From contig NC_091478.1 of the NCBI RefSeq assembly GCF_036971445.1, forward strand, positions 63,302,001 through 63,366,000: DNA of 64,000 nt. The letters are read 5' to 3'. The notes beneath the pieces were generated by a model. It did no database searches. It saw only the letters and a list, made by a program, of their open reading frames with translations, and was not told the origin of the DNA. Origin of the DNA: Narcine bancroftii (taxonomy: Eukaryota). A program made the position numbers and the translations under genes. Below, piece after piece: positions 53,131-64,000 of the stretch (positions within the stretch are counted from its first letter, which is position 1; the number at the start of each line of letters is the position of its first letter).

Positions 53131-54732
53131 TAAATTAGAAAAGGAATAAAATACGTTGCCTGACTGATGCACCCAAACCCCTACCATGTTTAATTTGTTT
53201 GTGTTGGAATTGTTCTCAACACACAGAATGCAAAAGGATAAATTTAAATGCATTCACTTGCCCAGAGAAAATCATCCGCGATACAAAACATAAAAAGTGT
53301 TCAGATTATCCTCGTTCATCCCTTCCCCTTTTCATTCTGCATAGAAAAATATAGCATATGGGTGAATCCGAGTTGTTAAACAAGAACGTGGAGAGCAAGA
53401 GATCAGGATTGGTTTCTCCACCCTGGTCACACTTCTATAACTTGGATTTGAGGTTAATCATTCTCCAGCTATTTTTAAAACTAATATAAGCAGTAATCGC
53501 TGATTGATTTCCCAGTCTATGAAAGTGGAAAAGGTCCGCAAGTGCCGTTGATCCGAGTTGTAGAATGTGGACCCACCCCGCCACCTTCCCTTCGCCCTTC
53601 AGGTTCCAGGTTCGAGGGCACCAGGTTCAAGGGCAGTTACTTTCCCATCGTTAGTAGACTCCTGAGCGAACCGCGCTCGAGTAAAAAGATGGTGCCTTTT
53701 TCTGTGTTCTAATTGATTGTCGCTCTTTAACTATGCACTTCTACACTCTGTTTTACTTGCTCTGAATGGAGTGACTCGCTGGACTGTTGGCAAAACAAAT
53801 TTTATCATTAAACCTGGATACATGTGACAACAAATTGGAACCCGTCAACGAGTTCCTATTGTACAGGATTTAATGGAGATCTGTCAAGTGGGGTATAATA
53901 TTTCAATCTGCCCATCACATTTTAGGCAGGTTAAAGAGGGCGAAGAAAATATGACCAGAAAAGAAGTGAAGACTTTCCATTAATTAAAGGGATTAGAGAA
54001 TCTGGTTTTATTCGTTTAGAGGGTGTCTGATGCCGAGATTCGGGAGGATAACCCAATATGTATTAGTAAAGAAGACATTGACTGAGTGGTCGGCAACATT
54101 TGATGTAAGCTGGTTGGTAAAGCCACCGGAGGTGACTATTATTCGGGACTGACGAGCAATCTCTCGCAGTCGTGCTTTGACGAAGTTATACAGGTCATCA
54201 GATGGCCGGCGAGAGCGGATTTTCAAGTTCTAATTCAGATAAACGAATCTGGCGTGGAGGGAGCGTACAGATGAATTGGTGTCACTTTTATTGACATCTA
54301 ATTTACCTTGTAGTATAAAGTCCATCATTCTAGTTCGTTTTTGTCAATTGTGTTTCTTAAGAAATAAATCGATGAAGCTGAGTAAATGACTAACACGAAA
54401 ACGTGCAGATATCGTTGTTTACCCTGAACTTAAACTAAATTTTCAACAGATCAGAGTAAAAGAGAAAGAAATGTGTGGGTGTATAAATCTTTATTGTTAT
54501 TTCGGTGTCTTTAAAAATCCGCAGACGTGGAAGGTGAGAGAGAATAGACGGATGAGTGCAAAGGCCATGAGATGCTGGTCCAACTGTTCAGGGTGAATTA
54601 TTTGAACGCAATGTCTAGGAGAATCTGGAAAGCTATTTGACTCAGATCGGAATTGTTAATTTGCGAGATGGGAAGGGAAATCGCTCCTACTTGGCATTTC
54701 CACAAAACATCTCAATGTAAACGCACCGAAAG

Positions 54733-55055
54733 GCTGGAGGAACTCGGCTGGTCTTTTCACTATCTGCAGGAGACGTTTCGGGCCTGAGCCCTTCTTCAAG
54801 AAGAAAAAAAAATCAGAAAAGGAATATATCAGAAAGTCTTAGAATTCAAACAATGGGGGAGGAATCTGATACACCCTGTTTCTGCCTTTTCTGAGTTTTC
54901 CTCAGGTCCGAAACGTCGCCAGGAAAGGCAACAAAGACACAAAAAGTACAAAACAATGTCGGCAATATAATCCTTGTTTCCGAGAGATGCTGAAAAGACC
55001 AGCCGAACTCCTCCAGCATTTCGGTGTGTTGACTCCAATCACAGTGTCTGCAACC
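54733..55055. mobile_element. Inverted pair of Penelope pLTR-like repeats just upstream of gene B
   Basis: GCTGGAGGAACTCGGCTGGTCTTTTCA (54733) versus TGAAAAGACCAGCCGAACTCCTCCAGC (54991-55017); GACGTTTCGG/CCGAAACGTC cores. Confidence 0.6.
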
Positions 55056-55195
55056 TCTCGGAAACCTGTCCCACTGACATGGGGTGTCCGACGTCATGGT
55101 CACAAGCATCGAACACCTATTGGTAAAGAATTGTTTCTTACATCTGGGGACACCTCTCATTGGCAGCAGGTGGGAAGGAAACTCGGTTCCACAAT

Positions 55196-55250
55196 ATGTC
55201 ACTTAAAGTGTCAATTCGGGACATAAATCTTCTGGCTACAGTTTGGCTGG
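55196..55250 (+). CDS. IgSF gene B exon 1: leader (MSLKVSIRDINLLATVWL)
   Basis: ATG plus 18 codons, G|GTACGT donor; homologous to gene A exon 1. Confidence 0.75.
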
Positions 55251-55433
55251 GTACGTTCGTTAAATGTGCTGTGTCCAAACATCAAATCCTGTTTCAGATT
55301 ATTTCACGTTAGTTACGCAGTGCTTCTCCAAGTGGCTTGATGCTGTTTCAACATTGTTTTGTACTTTTTGTGTCTTTGTTGCCTTTCCTTGGCTGTGCCA
55401 CCATTTTAACGGTTCTTGCTTATTTTCTGACAG

Positions 55434-55739
55434 TCGCCGAAGTCACTTCGAGCAAAGTGGGCCAATTCCCTAAAGCGCAAAACGTCCTCAGAGGAGACAA
55501 TGTTTCAATGTTCTGCACATTCCCCGTGTCACGCGTTACTGCCGAAGTATATTGGTGGAGATGGAGCGAGAAGGCATTTATAGAACCAGACAGCAGAAAG
55601 AGGTTTACTGGTAAAAAGAGCAGTGAATTATTTCAGCTCTTGAACGCGACGGTCGCAGATTCCGGTACCTACTTCTGTAAAGTGAAGCGTCAAGAAAAAA
55701 CTGTCGGAGTTGGAAGTGGCTCCAGGCTCACTGTGTTCG
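55434..55739 (+). CDS. IgSF gene B exon 2: V-type domain with J-like motif
   Basis: CAG acceptor, G|GTAAGT donor, 306 nt like gene A. GDNVSMFC, VYWWR, DSGTYFC, GVGSGSRLTV. Confidence 0.92.
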
Positions 55740-56328
55740 GTAAGTTTTGAGTCAGTGAGAGAATTTAAGCTCCGTGCGGTATGGCCAAGGCTGGGTGATG
55801 GGGATAATTAACTGGACACACAGGAGACGGTAGGTGCTGGAGCCCGAAGGTAAACACAATCTGCTGGAGAAGCAGGGGGTCAAACTAAGTCACGGGTGAA
55901 AAAAAAACGATGCCTGTATCCACCATGTTTCAGTATTCCCACATGGGGACATTGTTTCGCCCTTCCCACCCTCTCCTTTTTTCGCTAGATTCTTTTCTAC
56001 ATTTCCCCGGTCTCAGTAAAGGCATTCAGCTCGAAACGTCGGCAATTCTTTTACATCCAATGGTGCTGTTTGACGCACAGAACTCCTTCAGCAGATTCTG
56101 TTTAGCGCAATGCTAACTAACTACTCTTTATGCTATCAAATCAAAGGACTCACAGATTGAATGTAACAATTCTGGAAAGCGTCAGCACATTATCCAGCGT
56201 CTGTGGAGCAAGAAAGTTTGTTCTGTTCTCAATTTTCTCCAAAGAACCTTTAAGTGAAGAATCACTTTGTTCTTTTTTTTGTGCTATTATCCAGCTTTCA
56301 GATTCGACCTTAATTTTTCACATGATGG

Positions 56329-57053
56329 TGTGACAGAGTATATAGAGGTGTTTGGGAGATAAATTGGGAAAGGTTTGTTAGAGCAGGTCACACACCAACA
56401 CTTTTAAACACAGCATTTTTGCAGGAGCTTTTGCAAGAGTGCAGGCGGAGAGGAGAAAAAAAATAGGCTTTGCTCTCAGAGTTGGAGGGAGTGAGAGTGA
56501 GAGAGAGAGAGAGAGAGAGAAACACAGACATCATTTCTAGAGGGAAAAGCTTTGGAGGCACACCTGGTCAAAGGAGAGGGGTTGCTGTCTCGTGTTTCCC
56601 TTGGAATAGGTGAAACAGAAAGGAACTCTGTAATGTCCTGGGACAGGTTTCGTCAGCAAGACTGGAGTGGCTGATGAAAAAGGAATCAGTTGTGGATGTC
56701 CAGGAACAAGAACAACTCTCTCTCTGAAAGCCAACAAGAACCTTTCTGAGTGGTATCCATTTACCTGTTAAGCACCAACGCCTGGTGAACTTTATTAACG
56801 TTAACCTCTGTGTACAGCGGAAGAATTGCCTGCAACCAGTGAGATTGGACTGTGAACCAAAGAACTCACACATGCGCTTAGCATTAGAGGGGGGGGGGGG
56901 GGGGTTAAGTCTAAGTGAGTCAATAGATATAAGTTAAAGTTTGATTCTATTTTCATGTTCAAAGATAATTAAAAGCAACTTTTGTTTAAGTAACCCTTTG
57001 TCGTGATGCATATCTATTGCTGCTGGGTTTTTGGGTCCTCTGGACTAGTAACA
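56329..57053. mobile_element. Solo LTR in the gene B V-C1 intron (same family as 31301-32304)
   Basis: TGT...TAACA termini; shared AAAGTTTGATTCTATTTTCATGTT and TCTATTGCTGCTGGGTTTT blocks. Confidence 0.75.
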
Positions 57054-57140
57054 ATATGTTAGGGTGTTTTAAATCTAATGACTTGAATAGAAGTTTTGTT
57101 CGAATTCTTTTGCAGGGAAGTTGCTGAGAGGATTGGGTGT

Positions 57141-57466
57141 TTAAATCTTGGTTGTGACAGGAAGGGAAGCTGCCTCCTCTCCGAAATCACGAGAACAATT
57201 TTAGCTCCACGGTTCTTTTAGGCGCACATCCAGGCCAACCACAATCTCCGAAGAAAGGCCCTCCCGCAGCTGATATTAATTCACGCACCAGGAGTCTTTT
57301 ATTTTTGGCGTCATCCCTTCAGGGCTATTATGCGAATTTTCCGAAAGGTATAAATCTATTCCGTCATTTGGCAACAGAAGGTGTTACGGTCCTCTCAGGA
57401 TAGGGGGCTGTACACGTTTAGAGTTGGGGATTAGAAGCTATACGACAGCGGACAAAGGGAACTGAG
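57141..57466. repeat. Unclassified repeat of about 300 bp, copy 1 (copy 2 at 61806-62088)
   Basis: TTAAATCTTGGTTGTGACAGGAAGGGAAGCTGCC...GGACAAAGGGAACTGA occurs twice within gene B introns. Confidence 0.85.
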
Positions 57467-59114
57467 TCACGACATCCATAAAAGAACAAAGGAACAGCCC
57501 CGGGGTTAAATATTCCTGTTTCGCGGTCTGAAACCGGATTCAGACCACCGTGATAATTTAACAAAGGAATATCATTTACTATTCAAAGGCGTGGTGTATT
57601 CTTACCCTTGATGTATCCGAGTTTTGGAACCGAATATCTCTGTCCCACCGCCAGCCTCAGTCCAAAATGACATGATTGCAGCCGCTCCATATCTGTAAAA
57701 CCGTTACATGATTCTGTAGCAAAACCAAAGTTTGAAAAGGACAAATGGAACCGGGCTTTGCAGTCACAATGCAAATTTGATACGGTGATGTAAAGATATA
57801 TTGGGGAACGCCTGGAATCTTATCCTTGATGATCTTATCATCATTTCCCTTGACAGGACGCAAACCCTGGCCTCTTTCCAAATATTAATTCTCCACTAAA
57901 TACATGTGTTCGTGGCGTGGGGGAATTCTACGTTTTAGTTGGCAATTCATTAGGAGTATAACGACTGAAATCTCTTCCGAAGCTAACAACACGCCTGTAG
58001 TACAAAAACGAAAAACAGATTCAGAACATTGATGTTAAACAGATTGCTTGTAATTAACCCTTCAACGAGCGAAACTATACATAGTATTCCAGGTAAGTAA
58101 TGACTGTAGACCTAACGGAGGCAAATCAGCGTTCGCAAGCGAAAACTATAGCGCTGGTGTAAGTAGAATCTTATTCAGAAAATTAACTTAACAAAGCGGG
58201 TGCGTCTATTTCGAAACGGCAAACGAATAGAAGACGTGTATTGATGTTCCATTTCCACATCGGTAACTAATATTAAATATCATTCGACCGTGCCATACAA
58301 AATGCTCAGCGCTCCAACACATCATGTTCTGGAGAATGCTCTCGTTGTGAGAGTTCCATCATGTGAACTCTCCCATCTAGACACCGAAACAATTGCGAGG
58401 ACCAAGCTCTAATCGATATTTGTAGCTTCGCCCTGGCCCTAGATATTGGTGATATCAGGATGTCTACTGCGCTGTGTTCGTTAACAATGCTTAAAGCTTC
58501 TCCGGTCCAGGCTCGGTTCTGATTTAGTCTGTGCGCAGATGCACAGTCTCCTTGGAATTTCTTCAAGGGCTCCAGTTACTTCCGCCTGCCAAAGATGGGC
58601 TGGTGTCTAGGGAAACAAGTAACAGTAAATTGTCCCCGGTAGATGAGCAATGATGAAGAAGGAATGAGGTTAGTTATTAGGGATGTTGAAAGAGAACGGG
58701 ATTTGTGGGCTTATGCACTTAATGGTCGGCGCGAGCGCGGGAGGCGGTGGGGGTTGTTTTCGTGCCGTGAATCACGATGACATGCAATGATACACATCTG
58801 AATCGCTACAATACCTAACATTAGAAGCAGGAAGATTTGAAGTGGTTGCTACCAACTTCTACCGCGCGCTAAATCTGTCATTTCCATTCCAAACAGTGGT
58901 GCAAACGTGCATTTTACCTCCATCAAGTTCCACATTCCTTGTGCACTGCTTAAAACCATTTATTTTACAAAATAATTGATAACCCCAACAGTTTAAAAGC
59001 GATCGAGTTGATACCTAATATGTTGGCAGCATTGTAATATAGCCAGGGGAATGAAGCAAACGTTCATTAACATGCAAAGCACACATTCAAAACAACTCTT
59101 TTCTTCTGTTAAAG

Positions 59115-59414
59115 TTCCGCCAACACCCCTGAAAATTGTTCCTGTTGAAGGGATTTCGCCACCTTCTCGAAAACTCGTGTGTAAAACGGTTCCTTTTTAT
59201 CCTGAGACGACATTGGAATTCTCCTGGTTAAAAAATAGTGCAACAATTCCGACTGCAAAAGGAGACGTGGAAAATAGCAGCGTGGAGGGACTGTTTGAGG
59301 CTTCCAGTTGTCTGAATATTACGCCGCCTTTCTGGGGCAAAGATGTTTACATCTGCCTGGTGTCTCACGTCTCCCTCTCTGGGCCCGCCAGCGCCAATTA
59401 CACCGTCCAGCAAG
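59115..59414 (+). CDS. IgSF gene B exon 3: C1-set Ig domain
   Basis: AAG acceptor, G|GTAAGA donor; LVCKTVPFYPETTLEFSW and YICLVSH. Confidence 0.92.
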
Positions 59415-59899
59415 GTAAGACGCTGGACATTTAAGGTAAGACGCTGGCATTTAAACCGTGAACAGAGGGTGAATTCTGGAGAAACAGAAGCACTGCAAAT
59501 GCTGCAATCTGGAGCAAACAATGAAAAGATGAAGGGATAAATGGTCAGGCTAAGTTTCGGGTTGGGACCTTTATCGAGAATAAAATAGGATGATAACTCT
59601 CACCCGGTATAGAAATGCAACTGGACATTAGTCCGAACACGAGGACGAGGGGTAACTATTAACGATCTTTATTCGGAATGGAAGATCGGTGTACATATAT
59701 GGAATTAGATCCGCATAGGAGAAATTGGCAACTGATATTTGAAAAGCAATTAAAAAGCTTAAGTCTGAGACGGTCTGCCACAAAACATAATAAAACGTTG
59801 GCTTTTTACATGTGGAATGAGGAGCAATTAGTGGGATGGAGATGTTAATCTTAATAATTGGAAATCTAGAAACATTTCAATGCTTCATCATTGAGCATT

Positions 59900-60400
59900 T
59901 TCTGCATAGATTGTTTTTGGAAAATAAAATCGCCATGAAAGGGGTCCAGTGAATGTTTACCAGACAGATTCCTAGAACGGTAAGACGTATGACTGGATAA
60001 ATTAGAATTATACTTGCGTGATTTAGAATATTGAGAGATCTAAATTTCTGACAGGAACAGACAGTTTGGATTCAGAAAGAATATTCCCGATGTTGTGCAA
60101 GTCTGGAACAAAGATAAGGGGCATGACTGTCTATAAGAGGTAAACCATTAGGACCGAGATGAGGAGAAACTTACATATTCAGAGAGTTGTGAACTTGTGG
60201 AACTTCCGACAACCAAACATTGTTGAGGCCAATTTATTTATTTTTTTAAAGTTGAATGTGGCCCTATTGGCTAAAGGGACCAAGGGGCATGGAGAGAAAG
60301 CACGAATAGGCTCCTGAAGTTGCATTAGTCATGATGGTGTTGAATGCTGATGGTGGTGCGGGCTGACAATCCTTCTCCAGCATCTATTTTCTTTGTTTCT
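59900..60400 (+). mobile_element. Degenerate CR1 3' remnant
   Basis: GACCGAGATGAGGAGAAAC..CAGAGAGTTGTGAACTTGTGGAA is a CR1-type 3' motif. Confidence 0.55.
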
Positions 60401-60726
60401 AAAATCTGTTGGTAAATATGCCAGTGAAGTTCCTTGGAATATTTAAATAGTTAAAGGCATTCTTGTCACATTTCAAAATCTGTAGAAGCTAAAATTAGGT
60501 GCCATTCTGGGGTATGTGAATCATTTTGAATCTGCAATTCTTCATGTTATATGCTAAGAGAAAAAAAAAACATTTATTTTTACCCTTCATAAGTAACTCT
60601 GGGCCCTTTCAAACTGCTGTGTAAAATGGGGTTAACTGGGCACTATTCCCTTTATGTTATATTGTACACCTGGGATTGAATGACAGGTTTGAAATGCTCT
60701 GCCTTTATGACTCCCAATCCTCAAGG

Positions 60727-60763
<37 letters not shown>

Positions 60764-60799
60764 ATTTTATAGTTTCTAATGAATCTGTTTCTCTGGTAG

Positions 60800-60898
60800 A
60801 ATCTGATTATGCACTGATTCTTGGATGTGCAGCAGGTGGAATGGCATTTTTAATTCTGGTTACAATTCTGGCATTAGTCCGATTAAAGGCATCACGTG
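60800..60898 (+). CDS. IgSF gene B exon 4: transmembrane (ESDYALILGCAAGGMAFLILVTILALVRLKASR)
   Basis: TAG acceptor, G|GTAAGT donor, phase 1-1; uncharged hydrophobic helix followed by basic stop-transfer residues. (TG)n lies just upstream. Confidence 0.88.
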
Positions 60899-61529
60899 GT
60901 AAGTTTGTGTGGTACTTCACCAAACGCTTAAATGTCCCAATAGTATTTTTAGAAAAGAGGAAGAGTGAGTTAATGGTAATCAATGGCAGAAGAATAAAGA
61001 TAATGTACTCCATTAATATGATGAATCTGCATAACAAATGTATTATGTGGTAAAAAAAAAATATCTATGGAAGCACGAAGTGGGTCTGGAAATATTTTTT
61101 TCCCATTCGAATTCCTTTCTCACCTTATACACTCCTATATTTTGGCCATTTTCAATTGTTCATGCATGGCATTTAAACATATATCTTTAATTGCAAGCAA
61201 CTCTTTTCTTTGTTTTGGGGCAACCTGATCTAAATCTCTGAGCTGTTAATGTCCATTATAAAGTTGAGTTCTGAAACAGCCATTGACACCAACCATTATT
61301 TTACAATATAATTCAAAGTAAACTTCCATAACATTTGGTATGCATTATTAACGAGTATGAGAAGCTAATGCGCAAACATAAAATTGTAACAACTTTCATT
61401 GTGAAATGGTTTGAAATACATCCACAGCATCAGGAATCCTTATTCTCGGCAATACATTTGATTAGCTTCAGAGTGGTGATGTTTGTTTTATGGTCACAAA
61501 TTTTGTTAATCAAATTGTTTTCTTTTTAG

Positions 61530-61573
61530 ATGTGAATAGAAATTTAATGGAAGAAAGAGAAAATGCAGAATTG
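61530..61573 (+). CDS. IgSF gene B probable first cytoplasmic exon (DVNRNLMEERENAEL)
   Basis: Strong T-rich TAG acceptor, phase 1 in frame with the TM exon, TTG|GTAGGA donor. Further exons would lie beyond the window. Confidence 0.6.
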
Positions 61574-61805
61574 GTAGGATGACAGAGACTTTTTTATTTT
61601 AATAATAATTTCATTGAGTTAAATACGAATATTGTGCCACGGAGGAAACTATTCTGTCTATGTCAACTCTTTATTTTCTCTATTAAAATCTTTATTTATT
61701 AAAATCCCCAAAATGGATTCCAGGTCAAAAAGTTTAAGAGGCAGATAGATTTAAATACAAGCTACTATTTATTGTCATGTAGTAAAACAGAAAAGTAACA
61801 TCTTA

Positions 61806-62088
61806 TTAAATCTTGGTTGTGACAGGAAGGGAAGCTGCCTCCTATCTGCACATCCAGGCCAATCACAATCTCCGAAGAAAGGTCCTCCCGCAGCTGATAT
61901 TAATTCACACACCAGGTGTCTTTTATTTTTGGCATCATCCCTTCAGGGCTGTTATGCGAATTTTCCGAAAGGTAGAAATCTATTCCATCATTTGGCAACA
62001 GAAGGTGTTACAGTCCTCTAAGGATAGGGAGTGTACACATTTAGAGCTGGGGATTAGAAGCTATGCTACAGTGGACAAAGGGAACTGA
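61806..62088. repeat. Unclassified repeat copy 2
   Basis: Homologous to 57141-57466 with an internal deletion of about 40 bp. Confidence 0.85.
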
Positions 62089-62107
62089 CTTCAACATCTG
62101 CCTTTAT

Positions 62108-64000
62108 ATTTGTTCCACCATATCCCCACCCATGGCCCACCGGTTCACTCCAAGGCACGCCGGCTCCCACCTGTCAAGCTCCAGGTAGCAAAGGAGGGGT
62201 TTTCGCACCTGTTTGAGCTGAGGATCATTCAGCAGTACAACAGCCCATGGGCCTCGCTACTCCACCTTGTCCCGAAAGCCTCTGGTGGCTGGAATACCTG
62301 TGGAGACTATCGATGGCTTGACGAAGCAGCCATTCCTGACCATTACCCCATCCCTCACATCCAGGACTTTACAGCCAACCTACATGGCACGAGGGTCCTC
62401 TCCAAGGTTGAACTGGTGCACGGATATCACCAGATCCCGGTGCACCCCGATGACATACCCAAGACGGCCATCATCACCCACTTTGGCTTGTTTGAATTCC
62501 TGAGCATGCCGTTCAGGCTCAAGAACGCCGCTCAGAGCTTCCAGCACCTCATGGACTCTGTGGGCAGGGACTTGGATTTCATCTTTATTTATTTAGATGA
62601 TATCCTTATCGCCAGCAAGGACCAGGTGCAACACAAGGCCCACCTACGTGCCCTTTCCTCCTGGCTGACCGACTTCAGCCTCACCATCAACCTGGCTAAG
62701 TGCCAATTCGGGAAAGAGTCCATGCAGTTCCTGGGCCACAACATCATGGCTGAAGGAGCCACACCCGCTGCTGCGAAGGTTGTCACCATCAGGGAGTTTC
62801 CACACCCAAACAGCCTCAAGGGGCTGCAGGAGTTCACACGTATGGTCAACCTTTACAACTGCTTCATCCTGGGAGCTGCACGCATCATGCAGTTGCTGTA
62901 AGCTCTCATTGCAGCCAAGCACAAGATGCTCGCTTGGAGCCCAGAAGCCTGCACTGCATTCGAGGCCAAGAAGGATGCCCTCACGAAGGCCACCATACCC
63001 GCACACTGACCTGCATTTCAACCTCTGTCGATGTCTCTGCCACAGCTGTCGGTGCCATCCTGGAGCAGCAGGTGAATGGGCATTGGAAGCCCCTGGCATT
63101 CTTCAGCTGCTTGCTCCGCCCACCGAAACGCAAGTATAGTGCCTTCGACCGCATGTTACTGGGCATGTACCTTGCGGTGCAGCATTTCCAATATTTTTTG
63201 GAGGGGAGGACTTTTACCATCTTCACCAACCACAAAACCCTGACTCAGGTGCTCGCGATGGCAAAGGATCCCTGATCAGCCCGCCAGCAGCGTAACCTCT
63301 CCTTTGTGTCGGAGTTTACCATCGACATTTGGCACAAGGCAGGGAAGGACAATATGATTGCCGATGCACTCTCGCGACTGGTCATCTGCTCGTTGACGCC
63401 CGGTCTCAACTTCAACCAGCTCACCCGGGACCAGGAAGCTGATGAGGAGACAAGGGCCTTCAAGACTGTCATCACTGGCCTGCAGTTCCAAGACCTCCTG
63501 ACTCCAAGTGGCGAAGGCACCATCCTGTGCAATATCTCCTTGGGCACCCTGCAGCCAGTGGTTCCGCAGCAGTGGTACAGGCAGGTCTTCTGTCATATCC
63601 ACGACCTTTCATATCCGTCCATCAGGCCCACAGTCTGGATGGTGGCAGAACGGTTCATATGGCATGGGCTGCGGAAGCAGATCACGGGCTGGGCCAGAAC
63701 ATGCACCCATTGCTAGGTGACCAAGGTGCACATGCACACCACAGTGCCTGTACAGGAGTTCAAGCACATCCGGGAACGGTGCAGCCACATTCACATGGAC
63801 ATCGTCAGTCCCTTACCCATTTCCCAAGGCAAGTGTTACCTGTTTACAATGGTGGACCACAACACTCACTAGCCCAAGGCCCTCCACCGACTCCTGCTCC
63901 CGAGCACTGTTGCATGGTTGGGTCACCCAGTTCGGCATCCTGGTTCACCTCACCAGTGATCGGAGTGCCTAGTTCACTTCTGCGCTCTGGGCACAGCTTG
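62108..64000 (+). mobile_element. Gypsy pol fragment (RT, RNase H, integrase start), same family as 42164-46483, 5'-truncated and running off the window
   Basis: ORF 62110..62901 (YLDDIL), VDVSATAVG, ADALSR, H..H...CTHC integrase zinc motif. Confidence 0.92.

Noticed and set aside
55040-55080. CACAGTG heptamer upstream of gene B as a possible RSS
   Set aside because: No nonamer at 12- or 23-bp spacing, not adjacent to the V coding end, and part of a Penelope-like repeat.

Overview
Vertebrate genomic DNA. The repeat landscape (L1, CR1, RTE, Rex/Babar, Penelope, Gypsy, hAT) and the immune genes point to a cartilaginous fish, probably a ray (inference). Most of the window is nested transposon sequence. 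It includes two near full-length minus-strand L1s (3004-11695 and about 36905-48435) with insertions inside them, a full Gypsy provirus with a tRNA-Trp PBS, several solo LTRs, and a NAP1L1 processed pseudogene nested in an L1. The host content is two paralogous, same-strand Ig-superfamily genes. Gene A runs from 18699 to about 25690; gene B runs from 55196 to at least 61573 and probably continues past the window. Both have the exon plan leader / germline-joined V-J / C1-set / transmembrane with phase-1 introns and no RSS, so they look like non-rearranging antigen-receptor-like VJ-C1 receptors. Their V domain is unusually compact (53 residues between the cysteines, no room for CDR2), and the two paralogues differ most in three loops. 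Gene A also carries two decayed C1 3'-end relics and two alternative TM exons, one ending in a stop, plus a 4.3-kb L1/NAP1L1 insertion about 120 bp upstream of its ATG. Gene B has a tandemly duplicated C1 splice donor that could give a secreted form. All calls were made by eye; no database searches were run.
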